Assembly: GCA_946186925.1 (NCBI GenBank)
Contig: CAMHPA010000008.1
Span: forward strand, 6,028-70,027
Source: an uncultured Bacteroidota bacterium
GTDB taxonomy: Bacteria; Bacteroidota; Bacteroidia; Bacteroidales; SZUA-534
Reading direction: 5' to 3'
DNA: 64,000 bases
The notes beneath the pieces were generated by a model. That model was not told the origin of the DNA and did no database searches. It saw only the letters and a list, made by a program, of their open reading frames with translations. Of this stretch, positions 8,915 through 19,132 are shown piece after piece (position 1 is the stretch's first letter; each line of letters starts with the position of its first letter). A program made the translations under genes and the position numbers.

Positions 8915-11900
8915 ATGAACAAACCATTACACTTTGCGGCAATCGCCGCAACACTGCTTTTTTGTGCAAACACCAACGCACAAATTGTGATTAACGAGTA
9001 CAGCTCGACAACATCCACGTTTTTAGATGATTACAACGAAGAATCCGATTGGATTGAGCTTTACAACACATCGGATGCCGAAGTTGATTTGAAGGGCTGG
9101 CACTTGTCGGATAACAAGGAAAATCTTGCCAAATGGACCTTCCCCCCGGTGAAAATCGCGGCCAACGGCTATCTGCTGGTTATGGCTTCGGGCAAAGATT
9201 TGACTACCATCGCGGCCGGGAAAAAGTATCTGCACACCAACTTCAACATCTCGTCGGACGGCGAGGCTGTTTACTTGGCAAACGCTGCCGGCACGATTGC
9301 TCATCAGACTGATTCTGTGCCGGTTCCGTGCAATGCCAGCCGAGGTTTGAGTCCCGATGGCACAGGCAACTGGGTGTTTTTTGCCGAACCAACGCCAGGC
9401 AAGGCCAACACTACCAAAGCCTTCGCCACATCGGCAACCACAAGCGTGAAATTTTCGCCCGAAGGCGGTTTCCAATCATCGGCGCTGACCGTAACACTCT
9501 CAACCGAGGGCAACACACCTATATATTACACGCTCGACTGCACCGAACCAACCGACAAATCGCTGCTCTACACCGGCCCAATCGCAGTTGACTCGACAAC
9601 GGTCATCCGCGCCACAACTTTCAACGGCAATTTGATGCCCGGCCAGCCTTCGACTCAGACTTACATTTTCCCGAAAAGGCTGCACGTGCTCAGACGTGAT
9701 TTGTGGGACGGCCACATTGTTGACACAACAATAACGTATCAAAATGCGGCATTAAATGCAGGTATAACGGAAGAGGAAGCAATTGAGTTTTTGCGCAATG
9801 GAGGCGATATAAGTGAAATAACTCACGACACAACAGTGCACTACGGTCCCCATCTTGTTTTGGAGCATTCGCCGAATTTCACCCTGCCGGTAGTCTCTCT
9901 TACAACCAATCCGGATAATCTGTGGGATTGGAATGTAGGTATTTACGTGGCCGGACCGAATGCCGAATACGATGAGCCTTATTATGGCGCCAATTTCCAT
10001 CAGGATTGGGAGCGTCCGGTTCACGTAGAGCTTTATTGGACCGATGGCTCGAAACGGCTCGACCAGGATGCTGGCATACAAATTGCAGGCGCCTGGAGCC
10101 AGAGCAATAATCAGAAATCGTTTTCTCTGCACGCGCGCAATGCCTACGGAAAGAAGTATTTTGAAGCTAAATTGTTCGACGAGCTCGATATTACCCGTTT
10201 CAAATCGTTCGTTCTGCGCGATTCGGGCAACGACGCAAACAGCACTTTCTACCGCGATGCGATGATTACGCATCTTGTTGCTGCGAATAACATTGATATT
10301 CAGGCATATCAGCCGGCCATTGTCTATCTTAACGGTGAGTTTTGGGGCATTTTGAATATGCGCGAAAAGCTGAATGAGTATTACATTGAGAGCCACTATC
10401 CGCACGTTGACCACGACAATGTGGACCTTTTGGCAGGAAAAGGCAATGGAGTGACAGCATCAGAAGGCGATTTGACCGATTACAATGCGATGATGGATTT
10501 CATCCAGTCGCACGATTTGACCGATGATGCCAACTATCAGAAGGTGGCCGCACAAATTGATGTGGATGAGTATGTTGAGTATCTGGTTTCGGAAATTTAT
10601 GGCGGCAACGACGACTGGCCGCACAACAATGTGAAGATGTGGAAGTCGAAGAAGAACGGCGGCCGCTGGCGCTGGATGCTCTACGACACCGACCAGTCAT
10701 ATAACATTTGGGGGCGCGATGTTGACTTGGTCACTTACGACAAGTTGGAAAAATGCCTGACGGAAAAAGGCAAGAACGGTGATACTTGGTCAAATGTCTT
10801 GTTGCGCAATTTGGTGAAAAACACCACGTTCCGCAACAAACTGGTCAACCGTTTTGCCGATAGAATGAACCGAGAGTTTCTGCCTGAGAATATCAACCAT
10901 TTGATTGACAGTTTGTTCAATAATATCAGAAACGAATTGCCTTATCACGACTATCTTTGGAACAGTGGCGATGATGGCAGCATAATGAAGGACTTTGCCA
11001 AGTCGCGTCCCGCCAATATGCGTGAGCATCTGCGCAAGAGTTTCGATGTTGGCGACGATGTTGAGGTAACGCTTAACTCCAACGACAGCAAGGCTGGTTA
11101 TGTCGAGCTCAACTCGCTGACACTGAAGGAATACCCTTGGAAGGGAAGCTATTTCACCAATGTCCCGGTGGAGCTGCGTGCAGTGGCGCGGCCGGGCTAC
11201 AAGTTTGTGCGCTGGGAGTTCGGTGGCGGACTGCCTGCAAGCACCAGCGCCGGCATTGAGGTCACCTTGGACAACGATGCAACCATTAGCGCTGTTTTTG
11301 AAAAAGATGCAAATGCCGCATTTAACAGCGTGGTTATAAACGAGATAAATTACAAGTCGGCCGACGATTTCGACACCAAAGACTGGATTGAGCTTTACAA
11401 CACTACAGCGGCCGCTATCAACGTTTCGGGTTGGAAACTGCTCGACGGAGAGGCTGACGAGGCCTTCACAATTCCGGCCGGAACAACCATTGATGCTTAC
11501 GGCTATCTGGTTGTTTGCGCCAACCAGAACAAACTGCTCAAATTCAATCCCGGAGTAACAAACTATGTGGGCGATTTCACTTTCGGATTGGGCAAGGAGG
11601 ATAAAGTGCAACTGTTTGATTCCGAAGGCCATCTGATTGATGAGGTTGAGTATGCGAAATCGTGGGGCGACGCCAACGGAACTGGCAAAACCATTGCGCT
11701 TGCCGACCCGTTTGCCGACAACACCAACTATAAGTTGTGGAGCGCCAACGACATTCACGGCACTCCTGGCGCGCAGAACGGCACTTTTAGCCCGTCGCAC
11801 AGCGATTTCGGCACCAACGAGAAGATTTTTGTTGACATAACCGAGGCTCTGGCGGCCAATGCGTCGGCCGTGTGCTACCCGAACCCTGTTAGCAGCGAGG

Positions 11901-12121
11901 CGACGCTTGTATGGCAGCAAACCACTGGCGCCGACGTCCGGATTGAGCTGTTCAGTGCTTTTGGCAACCGCGTGGCGCTAATTTGCGACGAGTGGTTCGC
12001 TCAAGGTCAGCAACAAATCGACATTAGCCGCGCCATCGGCAACTGCATACCGGGAATGTATGTCGCCCGAATCAGCATTGGCGGACAAGCACCGGTTAAC
12101 GTGCGGATTGTCAAGCAGTAA
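8915..12121 (+). CDS. CotH kinase-family protein 1 (lamin-tail + Fn3/chitobiase-C-like + CotH + lamin-tail + T9SS CTD)
   Basis: IVINEY...DWIELYN...LKGWHLSD lamin-tail domain; IYYTLDCTEP; CotH motifs YLNGEFWGILNMREK, NDDWPHNN, WRWMLYDTD; second VVINEINY domain; CYPNP...GMYVARI...RIVKQ. Confidence 0.88.
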   Translation: MNKPLHFAAIAATLLFCANTNAQIVINEYSSTTSTFLDDYNEESDWIELYNTSDAEVDLKGWHLSDNKENLAKWTFPPVKIAANGYLLVMASGKDLTTIAAGKKYLHTNFNISSDGEAVYLANAAGTIAHQTDSVPVPCNASRGLSPDGTGNWVFFAEPTPGKANTTKAFATSATTSVKFSPEGGFQSSALTVTLSTEGNTPIYYTLDCTEPTDKSLLYTGPIAVDSTTVIRATTFNGNLMPGQPSTQTYIFPKRLHVLRRDLWDGHIVDTTITYQNAALNAGITEEEAIEFLRNGGDISEITHDTTVHYGPHLVLEHSPNFTLPVVSLTTNPDNLWDWNVGIYVAGPNAEYDEPYYGANFHQDWERPVHVELYWTDGSKRLDQDAGIQIAGAWSQSNNQKSFSLHARNAYGKKYFEAKLFDELDITRFKSFVLRDSGNDANSTFYRDAMITHLVAANNIDIQAYQPAIVYLNGEFWGILNMREKLNEYYIESHYPHVDHDNVDLLAGKGNGVTASEGDLTDYNAMMDFIQSHDLTDDANYQKVAAQIDVDEYVEYLVSEIYGGNDDWPHNNVKMWKSKKNGGRWRWMLYDTDQSYNIWGRDVDLVTYDKLEKCLTEKGKNGDTWSNVLLRNLVKNTTFRNKLVNRFADRMNREFLPENINHLIDSLFNNIRNELPYHDYLWNSGDDGSIMKDFAKSRPANMREHLRKSFDVGDDVEVTLNSNDSKAGYVELNSLTLKEYPWKGSYFTNVPVELRAVARPGYKFVRWEFGGGLPASTSAGIEVTLDNDATISAVFEKDANAAFNSVVINEINYKSADDFDTKDWIELYNTTAAAINVSGWKLLDGEADEAFTIPAGTTIDAYGYLVVCANQNKLLKFNPGVTNYVGDFTFGLGKEDKVQLFDSEGHLIDEVEYAKSWGDANGTGKTIALADPFADNTNYKLWSANDIHGTPGAQNGTFSPSHSDFGTNEKIFVDITEALAANASAVCYPNPVSSEATLVWQQTTGADVRIELFSAFGNRVALICDEWFAQGQQQIDISRAIGNCIPGMYVARISIGGQAPVNVRIVKQ

Positions 12122-12145
12122 CAAAAGTAATTGATACTTTTATTT

Positions 12146-12188
12146 GCGTCGGCAGTTGGCCAAATGGCTGGCTGCCGATGTTTTTTTT
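12146..12188 (+). terminator. Intrinsic terminator after CotH 1
   Basis: GCGTCGGCAGTTGGC-caaatg-GCTGGCTGCCGATGT followed by a T run. Confidence 0.8.
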
Positions 12189-12265
12189 GTTGATTTTCAC
12201 CGATTGTTCCGTGCTTTTAACCGACATTTCAGAAGCAAAAAGTCTTGCCAGTTCTATTTAAGTGT

Positions 12266-12273
12266 TACATTTG
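12266..12273 (+). promoter_or_regulatory. -7 element TACATTTG for CotH 2
   Basis: TAnnTTTG match with a TTG ~19 nt upstream; about 25 nt before ATG 12298. Confidence 0.55.
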
Positions 12274-12297
12274 CGCGTTTTAGAAAACTACGTAATA

Positions 12298-15200
12298 ATG
12301 AAAAAAATTCAACTGCTCGCCATTTCGGTTTTGACCGCAATGGCAGCCAACGCACAAATTGTAATCAATGAATATTGCTCCAATTCGACAAAGTTCAGGG
12401 ACGAGTATGGCGATAGCAACGACTGGATTGAGTTGTTGAACACTTCGTCGGCAGATGTTAATCTTGAAGGCTGGCACTTGTCAGATAAGGCCGATAATCT
12501 TGCCAAATGGACATTCCCGGCAGTCACGATTAAGGCTGGCGGTTATTTGAAAGTTTTTGCGTCGAGTAAGGATTTGAAAGAAGTTGCCGACGGCAAATTT
12601 CTGCACACAAATTTCAACATCTCGTCGGAAGGTGAGGCGTTTTACCTGAGCGATGCTTCCGGAAAGATAGTCCATCAGGCTGATACGCTTGTAGTTCCGA
12701 ATGATATAAGCCGAGGTTTGAGTCCCGATGGCAATGGCAAATGGGTGTTTTTTGCACAACCAACTCCGGGGGCGGCAAACACAACCAAAGCGTTCGAATC
12801 GGCAGAGACACCGCAAGTTACAATATCGCCCGAGGGCGGTGTGAAAACATCGAAAGTGACAATCACGCTATCGACAAGCGGAAACTCGCCAATATATTAT
12901 ACGCTCGATTGCAGTGTTCCTACCTCGAAATCGAAGAAATACACCGGGCCGATAACCGTTGACACGACAACAATTATCCGGGCCATCACGTTCAACGACG
13001 ATATGCTGCCCGCTCAGCCGGCAACTCAAAGCTACATTTTTGGCAAGAGACTGCGCTGGGTTAATCGTGACAAGCAGGGCAAACCCATCACAACCGAGCA
13101 GTCGTGGGGCGGCTGGGGCGGCTGGGGTGGTGGCCAGCAAACCACTAAGGTTGATCCGAACAAAACACTCAACCACTCATCAACATTCGATTTGCCCGTG
13201 GTTTCACTAACAACCGATCCTGACAATCTATGGGATTACAATACCGGTATTCTTGTCGAAGGCCCGAATGCCGATTTGAACGCAACACCACGCCGTGCAA
13301 ACTATTATGAAGACTGGGAAGAGCCTGTTCACGTTGAGATATACAAGGATGGTGTCAAAATTCTTGACCAGGATGCCGGAATGCAGGTAGCTGGCGCCTA
13401 TAGCCGGATGAACGACCAGAAGTCGCTCGCCATTCACGCGCGCAGCTCGTATGGAAAGAAATATTTTGACGCAAAGTTGTTCGACGAGCTAGATCTGACA
13501 AGGTTCAAGGCATTCACTTTGCGCGATTCGGGCAACGACTTTGGCGGCACTCATTTCCGTGACGCTATGATTACACACCTTGTCGCCGGTACCAACATCG
13601 ATATTCAGGCATACCAGCCAACAGTAGTGTTCCTGAACGGAGAATATTACGGCATTCTGAATATTCGCGAAAAACTGAACGAGCATTATATTGAAGAGCA
13701 CTATCCTCACGTCGATCACGACAAGGTGGACATTATTGTGGCAAGCGATGTAACAAAGAGTCTGTCGGCCTCGGAAGGCGATATGGACGACTATAACGCG
13801 CTGATCAGCTATGTTGAGTCACACAATATGGCCGATGCGGGTTGCTATCAGTACGTCTCCACACTCATCGATATGGATGAGTATATGGAATATATGGTGT
13901 CGGAGATATTCGGCTCAAACAATGACTGGCCGCACAATAACGTCAAGATTTGGAAGTCGAAGAAAAACGGCGGCCGCTGGCGCTGGATGCTGTATGACAC
14001 TGATCAGTGCTTCTCAATCTGGGGCGACCAGTCGGGCGACGACAAACTGGCAACCTGTCTTAGTGAGAAAGACCAGCACGGAAACAAATGGGCTAATGTG
14101 CTGTTCCGCAATCTGGCAAAGAACAAAAAGTTCAAAGACGACCTTGCCAACCGCTTTGCCGACCGCATGAATAACGAGTTTTTGCAGAAAAATATCAATT
14201 ATTTGATTGATAGCTTGTTTGATAACATATCGACAGAAATTGAATTTCATAACTCACGTTGGGGCAAAGGGCTCAACGATGGTCATGGAATGAAAGAGTT
14301 TGCTCAAAAACGTCCGAAAAACATACGTGAGCACCTGCGTAGACATTTCAATGTCGGCGCCGATGTCAAGATCACAATCAATACAAACGACGCAAAAGCC
14401 GGATATGTTCAGATTAACTCGCTCACACTGAAGAAATTTCCCTGGAGCGGCTCATATTTTGGAAATGTGCCGGTCTCGATTCGTGCCGTGGCCCGTCCGG
14501 GTTATAAGTTCTCGCATTGGGAAGATGCCGATGGCAATAACGTAGGTGAATACGAGGGAATTAGCGTCAAACTTGCTGCGGCATCGAAGTATACAGCAAT
14601 TTTCGAATCTGATAATTCTGACTTCAATAATGTGGTAATCAATGAAATAAATTACAAATCTGCTGATGATTTTGATACAAAGGATTGGATTGAGTTGTAC
14701 AACACCACTTCGGCTGCTATCAATATTTCGGGCTGGAAAATCAGCGCCGAGAATCCGGCAGAGGCCTTTTTGATCCCCTCGGGAACGATAATTCCGCCTT
14801 ATGGTTATTTGGTTGTCAGCTCGAATCAGAACAAGCTGATAAAACAGAATCCGGGCTTGGTGAATGTGGTTGGTGATTTTGTATTCGGTCTTGGGAAAAC
14901 GACTAAAGTACAGTTGTTTGATTCTGAGGGTAGCCTTATTGATGAGGTTGAGTATGGAAAATCGTGGGGCGACGCTGATGGTACGGGCCGCACATTAGCC
15001 CTGACCGACCCATTTGCCGACAACGCCAACTATAAGTTGTGGAGCGACAGTGATATGCACGGAACGCCAGGTGCGCAAAACGGTACGTTCAATCCTTCGC
15101 ACAGCAATTTCACCATTGCTGATTACAGTTTCACAGTTGACATTGTTGAAGAACCTATTGCCAGTGCACAGGTGACATGCTACCCGAATCCGTTCCGAAC

Positions 15201-15426
15201 TGAAGCTGCAATTGTTTGGGAACAATCAGCTGAAGCCAATGTCGTTATTGAATTGTATTCTGCTAATGGATTTACAATGAGCAGAATATGTGACGATGTG
15301 TTTGCTGATGGCCGGCATACGGTTGATATTACCGAAATGGCATCGAACTGGTCTGCCGGATTGTATTTCGCTAAAATTACCATTGGCGGACAACCACCAG
15401 TTATAATAAAGATTATGAAGCAATAA
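12298..15426 (+). CDS. CotH kinase-family protein 2 (same architecture)
   Basis: Paralog of 8915..12121; NNDWPHNN, WRWMLYDTD; T9SS CTD CYPNP...KIMKQ; start at ATG 12298 (MKKIQLLA signal peptide). Confidence 0.88.
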   Translation: MKKIQLLAISVLTAMAANAQIVINEYCSNSTKFRDEYGDSNDWIELLNTSSADVNLEGWHLSDKADNLAKWTFPAVTIKAGGYLKVFASSKDLKEVADGKFLHTNFNISSEGEAFYLSDASGKIVHQADTLVVPNDISRGLSPDGNGKWVFFAQPTPGAANTTKAFESAETPQVTISPEGGVKTSKVTITLSTSGNSPIYYTLDCSVPTSKSKKYTGPITVDTTTIIRAITFNDDMLPAQPATQSYIFGKRLRWVNRDKQGKPITTEQSWGGWGGWGGGQQTTKVDPNKTLNHSSTFDLPVVSLTTDPDNLWDYNTGILVEGPNADLNATPRRANYYEDWEEPVHVEIYKDGVKILDQDAGMQVAGAYSRMNDQKSLAIHARSSYGKKYFDAKLFDELDLTRFKAFTLRDSGNDFGGTHFRDAMITHLVAGTNIDIQAYQPTVVFLNGEYYGILNIREKLNEHYIEEHYPHVDHDKVDIIVASDVTKSLSASEGDMDDYNALISYVESHNMADAGCYQYVSTLIDMDEYMEYMVSEIFGSNNDWPHNNVKIWKSKKNGGRWRWMLYDTDQCFSIWGDQSGDDKLATCLSEKDQHGNKWANVLFRNLAKNKKFKDDLANRFADRMNNEFLQKNINYLIDSLFDNISTEIEFHNSRWGKGLNDGHGMKEFAQKRPKNIREHLRRHFNVGADVKITINTNDAKAGYVQINSLTLKKFPWSGSYFGNVPVSIRAVARPGYKFSHWEDADGNNVGEYEGISVKLAAASKYTAIFESDNSDFNNVVINEINYKSADDFDTKDWIELYNTTSAAINISGWKISAENPAEAFLIPSGTIIPPYGYLVVSSNQNKLIKQNPGLVNVVGDFVFGLGKTTKVQLFDSEGSLIDEVEYGKSWGDADGTGRTLALTDPFADNANYKLWSDSDMHGTPGAQNGTFNPSHSNFTIADYSFTVDIVEEPIASAQVTCYPNPFRTEAAIVWEQSAEANVVIELYSANGFTMSRICDDVFADGRHTVDITEMASNWSAGLYFAKITIGGQPPVIIKIMKQ

Positions 15427-15446
15427 TGTGTTCGCCAAACATATAC

Positions 15447-15482
15447 AATCGGCAGTTGGCAGCAATGCTGGCTGCCGATTTT
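15447..15482 (+). terminator. Intrinsic terminator after CotH 2
   Basis: AATCGGCAGTTGGC-agcaat-GCTGGCTGCCGATT-TT; same stem as at 12146. Confidence 0.7.
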
Positions 15483-15562
15483 GCATATAACGGGGAAATA
15501 ATCAGTTAAACTCCAATTATTTGGGAAACATACTTCTTTTGTCGCCGTAGAAACCGATTGTT

Positions 15563-18500
15563 ATGAAGATATTGAAATATATAATGGTTCTGGTCGCCAC
15601 ATTGGCGAATAATGCTACTAATGCGCAAGTGGTCATCAACGAATATTGCTCGTCATCAACCTCATTCCTAGATGAATATGGCGATGATTCTGATTGGATT
15701 GAACTTTATAATGCATCGTCTTCCGATGTCAATCTGGAAGGTTGGCATTTGTCTGACAAGGCATCAAATCTTAAAAAATGGACATTCCCGTCATATACTA
15801 TGAAATCAGGCGCGTATCTGCTTGTATATGCATCTGGCAAAGATCTTTACGAATGTATTGAGGGTGATACTGTCTTCTATAATCCGCTTATTGAAGCAAC
15901 TGATAATTTCTCATATGCTATTGGCTCATCGAGTGTTTCAAAAAGTTGGTACAAAGCTGATTACGACGATTCGAAGTGGTTAGTGGGGAAGGGCGGTTTC
16001 GGATATGGCACCTCGTATGCCGCCACAAAAGTGCCCGAAGGAACTATCTCGGTTTTTGTACGCAAGAAATTTACAATCAGCGATTTGAAGGCGATAAAAG
16101 AGCTCCACCTTAATTTGGATTATGACGATGGTTTTGTGGTTTACATAAACGGGCACGAAGTGGCGCGTGAGAATTTGGATGAAGTTGGCGATCTCACTTC
16201 GTACGATGCTGTAACTCCCTCTTATGTCAATCCGTTGCTTGCAAATGGCAGTGCGTTAGCGCACTTCGATTTGTCGAAACACATTGACTGTCTGGTAGAA
16301 GGAGAGAATGTACTTGCCATCCAGATTCATAACATAAGTGAAACCTCAAGCGATTTGTTGCTTTATCCGTTTCTGACAGCAGGTTCAACGGTCAACGAGA
16401 ATAAAGCGCTAAGCAATTTGCTTGATTTGCAGCTACAGAACAATACAAAGCACTTTCACACAAATTTTAGCCTTTCAGCCGACGGCGAGCCACTTTTTCT
16501 TGTGAATCCGTCGGAGAAGATTGTATGCCAAATAGATAGCGTGGTTGTGCCCAATGATGTGTCGCGCGGTCTTTCACCCGATGGCAACGGCAACTGGGTG
16601 TTTTTTGCTGAACCAACGCCTGGTGCGGCAAACACCACGAAAACATACGTAACGGCACGAACTAACGAAATAACATTCTCTATTGCAGGTGGTTTGCAAA
16701 CAGCAAAGCAAACGCTGACATTGACTTCGGCCGCCGGAACACCAATCTATTACACCACCGATGGCAGCGTTCCAACAACACAATCAACGCTTTATAAAGA
16801 CGGAATACCAATTTCAAAAACAACAGTTGTACGCGCCATTTCATATAGCGATAATTTTTTGCCTGGTCAGCCGACTACGCGCTCATTCATCTACCCCGAC
16901 CATACAATTTCACTGCCTGTTTTTTCGTTAGTGACCGATCCGTACAATTTATATGATTATAATTATGGTATTTACGTCGAGGGCCCTGATGCCGAATCGG
17001 CCGACCCTCACTATGGAGCCAATTATCATAAAGACTGGGAAAGACCAATGCATGTTGAACTTTTCTGGACTGATGGTGTCGAACGGATCAATCAGGATGC
17101 GGGCGTAAAAATCGCGGGCGCCTGGAGTCGTGCTCATGCACAAAAATCGTTAGCATTTCATGCGCGTAAATCTTATGGTACAAACAGATTTGATTGTGAA
17201 CTGTTTAGCGATAAGCATATATCAAGTTTTAAGTCTTTTGTACTCCGCAATTCGGGCAACGATTGGTACAGCACAATGTTTCGCGATGCGTTAATTACAA
17301 ACCTGGTTCGCAATAATAATATTGATATTCAGGCATATCAACCCTCAGTTGTCTATCTTAACGGTGAGTATTGGGGTATTCAGAACATACGCGAGAAGAT
17401 TAATGAGCATTATGTGGCTAACAATTTCAATTGGGTTGATGCGGATAGTGTTGACATATTGGAAAACGGAGGTTCTGTTGTTCATGGCTCAGCAATGCAT
17501 TTCAACGAGATTAGAAACTATATGAATTCTCATTCAATGCAGAATATGGCTGATTATGAATATGTTACAAGTCAAATCGACATCGATGAATTCATTGAGT
17601 ATATGGTACTTGAGATATATTGCAATAACGGCGACTGGCCAGGCAATAACTGTAAATTCTGGTACCCGAATACTGATGTGGGGCGCTGGCGCTGGATTGC
17701 CTACGACACTGATTTTGGTTTTGGACTTTATTCCAATGGCTACGATGAAGACAAACTGGGTTCGTGCCTGAATGATAATTCAGGTCCGGCTTTTTTCCTG
17801 AAAAAACTTGTGGCAAACGACGATTTTAAGCGCGATTTCATCAATCGTTTTGCCGATCGTCTGAATAATGAATTCCGATATGATGTGGTTGATTTTTTGA
17901 TAGATAGTCTGGCTGAGAATATTTCAGATGAGATCAGTTATCACATAAACCGTTGGCACAACATTGGCAATTGGACGGACAATATTGACCGTATGCGCAC
18001 TTTTGCCGAAGAGCGGCCATATTACCTGCGCGACCATATTCGTGACCACCTTTCGGCAGGCAGAGATGTTAGAATTACACTCGATGCCAACGATAGTAAG
18101 GCTGGGTATATCCAACTTAACTCGTTGACATTGAGAAGATTTCCGTGGAACGGAACGTATTTTTCGAACGTGCCGGTGTCGTTGAGGGCCGTGGCAAAGC
18201 CGGGCTATAAGTTTGTGCGTTGGGTTGATGCCGACAACCAAACGGTTGACACCCATGCCGGCATTAAGGTTACACTGACTAGAGCATCTCGCTATACTGC
18301 AGTTTTCGAATCTACTAATAATGATTGTAACAATATTGTTATCAATGAAATAAACTACAAATCAGCCGATGATTTTGATACAAAGGACTGGGTTGAACTT
18401 TACAACACAACGGATGCCGCCATCAATATTTCGGGCTGGAAACTTGTCGGTGAAAATCTTGCCGAAGCATTTACAATTCCTGTTGGGACCATCATCCCGC

Positions 18501-19132
18501 CATACGGCTATTTGGTTGCGTGCGCCAATCGCAGCAAGTTGGTCGGTTTGAACCCTAACTTGCAGAATGTGATCGGCAATTTTGAGTTCCGATTAAGCTC
18601 AAGCGGCAAACTTCAGTTGCTTGATTCGGCTGGTAATTTGGTCGACGAAGTGGAATATAATAGCAAAACGTGGCCCGATGCCGACGGCAATGGCTATACA
18701 CTTGCATTGACCGATCCGTTTTCCGACAATGCTGCCCGTCGGTTGTGGCATGCTAACGATTTACATGGCACACCGGGTGCTGAAAATGGCGCTTTTAGCC
18801 CGTCTCACGACGATTTTAGCATTGGTGACGACAGTTTCCGTGTTGATGTTGAAGAAGTGCCTGAGAAAGCAGTTTTTGCAGTCTGTCGGCCTAATCCGGT
18901 AACCGATAATGCCGCTATTGTCTGGCAGCAGCCTGCTGATGGCGTAGCACGTGTTGATTTGTTTGACCTTCATGGGCGGCATCAGGCTTGCATATGCAAC
19001 CAATGGTGTGCACAAGGCGAGAATAAGGCCGAATTTGGCGCTGTCGCGAAAATGTGGCAACCGGGAATCTATTTTGCAAAAATTGCTATTTTCAACAGTA
19101 AACCTGTGATTATCAAAATTTTACGACAATAG
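15563..19132 (+). CDS. CotH kinase-family protein 3 with an extra beta-sandwich inserted in the first lamin-tail domain
   Basis: NGDWPGNN, WRWIAYDTD; ~200 aa insert (YDDSKW..GKGGFGYG, FVRKKF, DYDDGFVVYING, GENVLAIQIHN); T9SS CTD. Confidence 0.88.
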   Translation: MKILKYIMVLVATLANNATNAQVVINEYCSSSTSFLDEYGDDSDWIELYNASSSDVNLEGWHLSDKASNLKKWTFPSYTMKSGAYLLVYASGKDLYECIEGDTVFYNPLIEATDNFSYAIGSSSVSKSWYKADYDDSKWLVGKGGFGYGTSYAATKVPEGTISVFVRKKFTISDLKAIKELHLNLDYDDGFVVYINGHEVARENLDEVGDLTSYDAVTPSYVNPLLANGSALAHFDLSKHIDCLVEGENVLAIQIHNISETSSDLLLYPFLTAGSTVNENKALSNLLDLQLQNNTKHFHTNFSLSADGEPLFLVNPSEKIVCQIDSVVVPNDVSRGLSPDGNGNWVFFAEPTPGAANTTKTYVTARTNEITFSIAGGLQTAKQTLTLTSAAGTPIYYTTDGSVPTTQSTLYKDGIPISKTTVVRAISYSDNFLPGQPTTRSFIYPDHTISLPVFSLVTDPYNLYDYNYGIYVEGPDAESADPHYGANYHKDWERPMHVELFWTDGVERINQDAGVKIAGAWSRAHAQKSLAFHARKSYGTNRFDCELFSDKHISSFKSFVLRNSGNDWYSTMFRDALITNLVRNNNIDIQAYQPSVVYLNGEYWGIQNIREKINEHYVANNFNWVDADSVDILENGGSVVHGSAMHFNEIRNYMNSHSMQNMADYEYVTSQIDIDEFIEYMVLEIYCNNGDWPGNNCKFWYPNTDVGRWRWIAYDTDFGFGLYSNGYDEDKLGSCLNDNSGPAFFLKKLVANDDFKRDFINRFADRLNNEFRYDVVDFLIDSLAENISDEISYHINRWHNIGNWTDNIDRMRTFAEERPYYLRDHIRDHLSAGRDVRITLDANDSKAGYIQLNSLTLRRFPWNGTYFSNVPVSLRAVAKPGYKFVRWVDADNQTVDTHAGIKVTLTRASRYTAVFESTNNDCNNIVINEINYKSADDFDTKDWVELYNTTDAAINISGWKLVGENLAEAFTIPVGTIIPPYGYLVACANRSKLVGLNPNLQNVIGNFEFRLSSSGKLQLLDSAGNLVDEVEYNSKTWPDADGNGYTLALTDPFSDNAARRLWHANDLHGTPGAENGAFSPSHDDFSIGDDSFRVDVEEVPEKAVFAVCRPNPVTDNAAIVWQQPADGVARVDLFDLHGRHQACICNQWCAQGENKAEFGAVAKMWQPGIYFAKIAIFNSKPVIIKILRQ

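Noticed and set aside
10790-11920. 376-aa minus-strand ORF and other long antisense ORFs (e.g. 37658..38434, 58224..58895)
   Set aside because: Lie wholly or almost wholly opposite well-supported genes and have no recognisable motifs; expected from codon bias.
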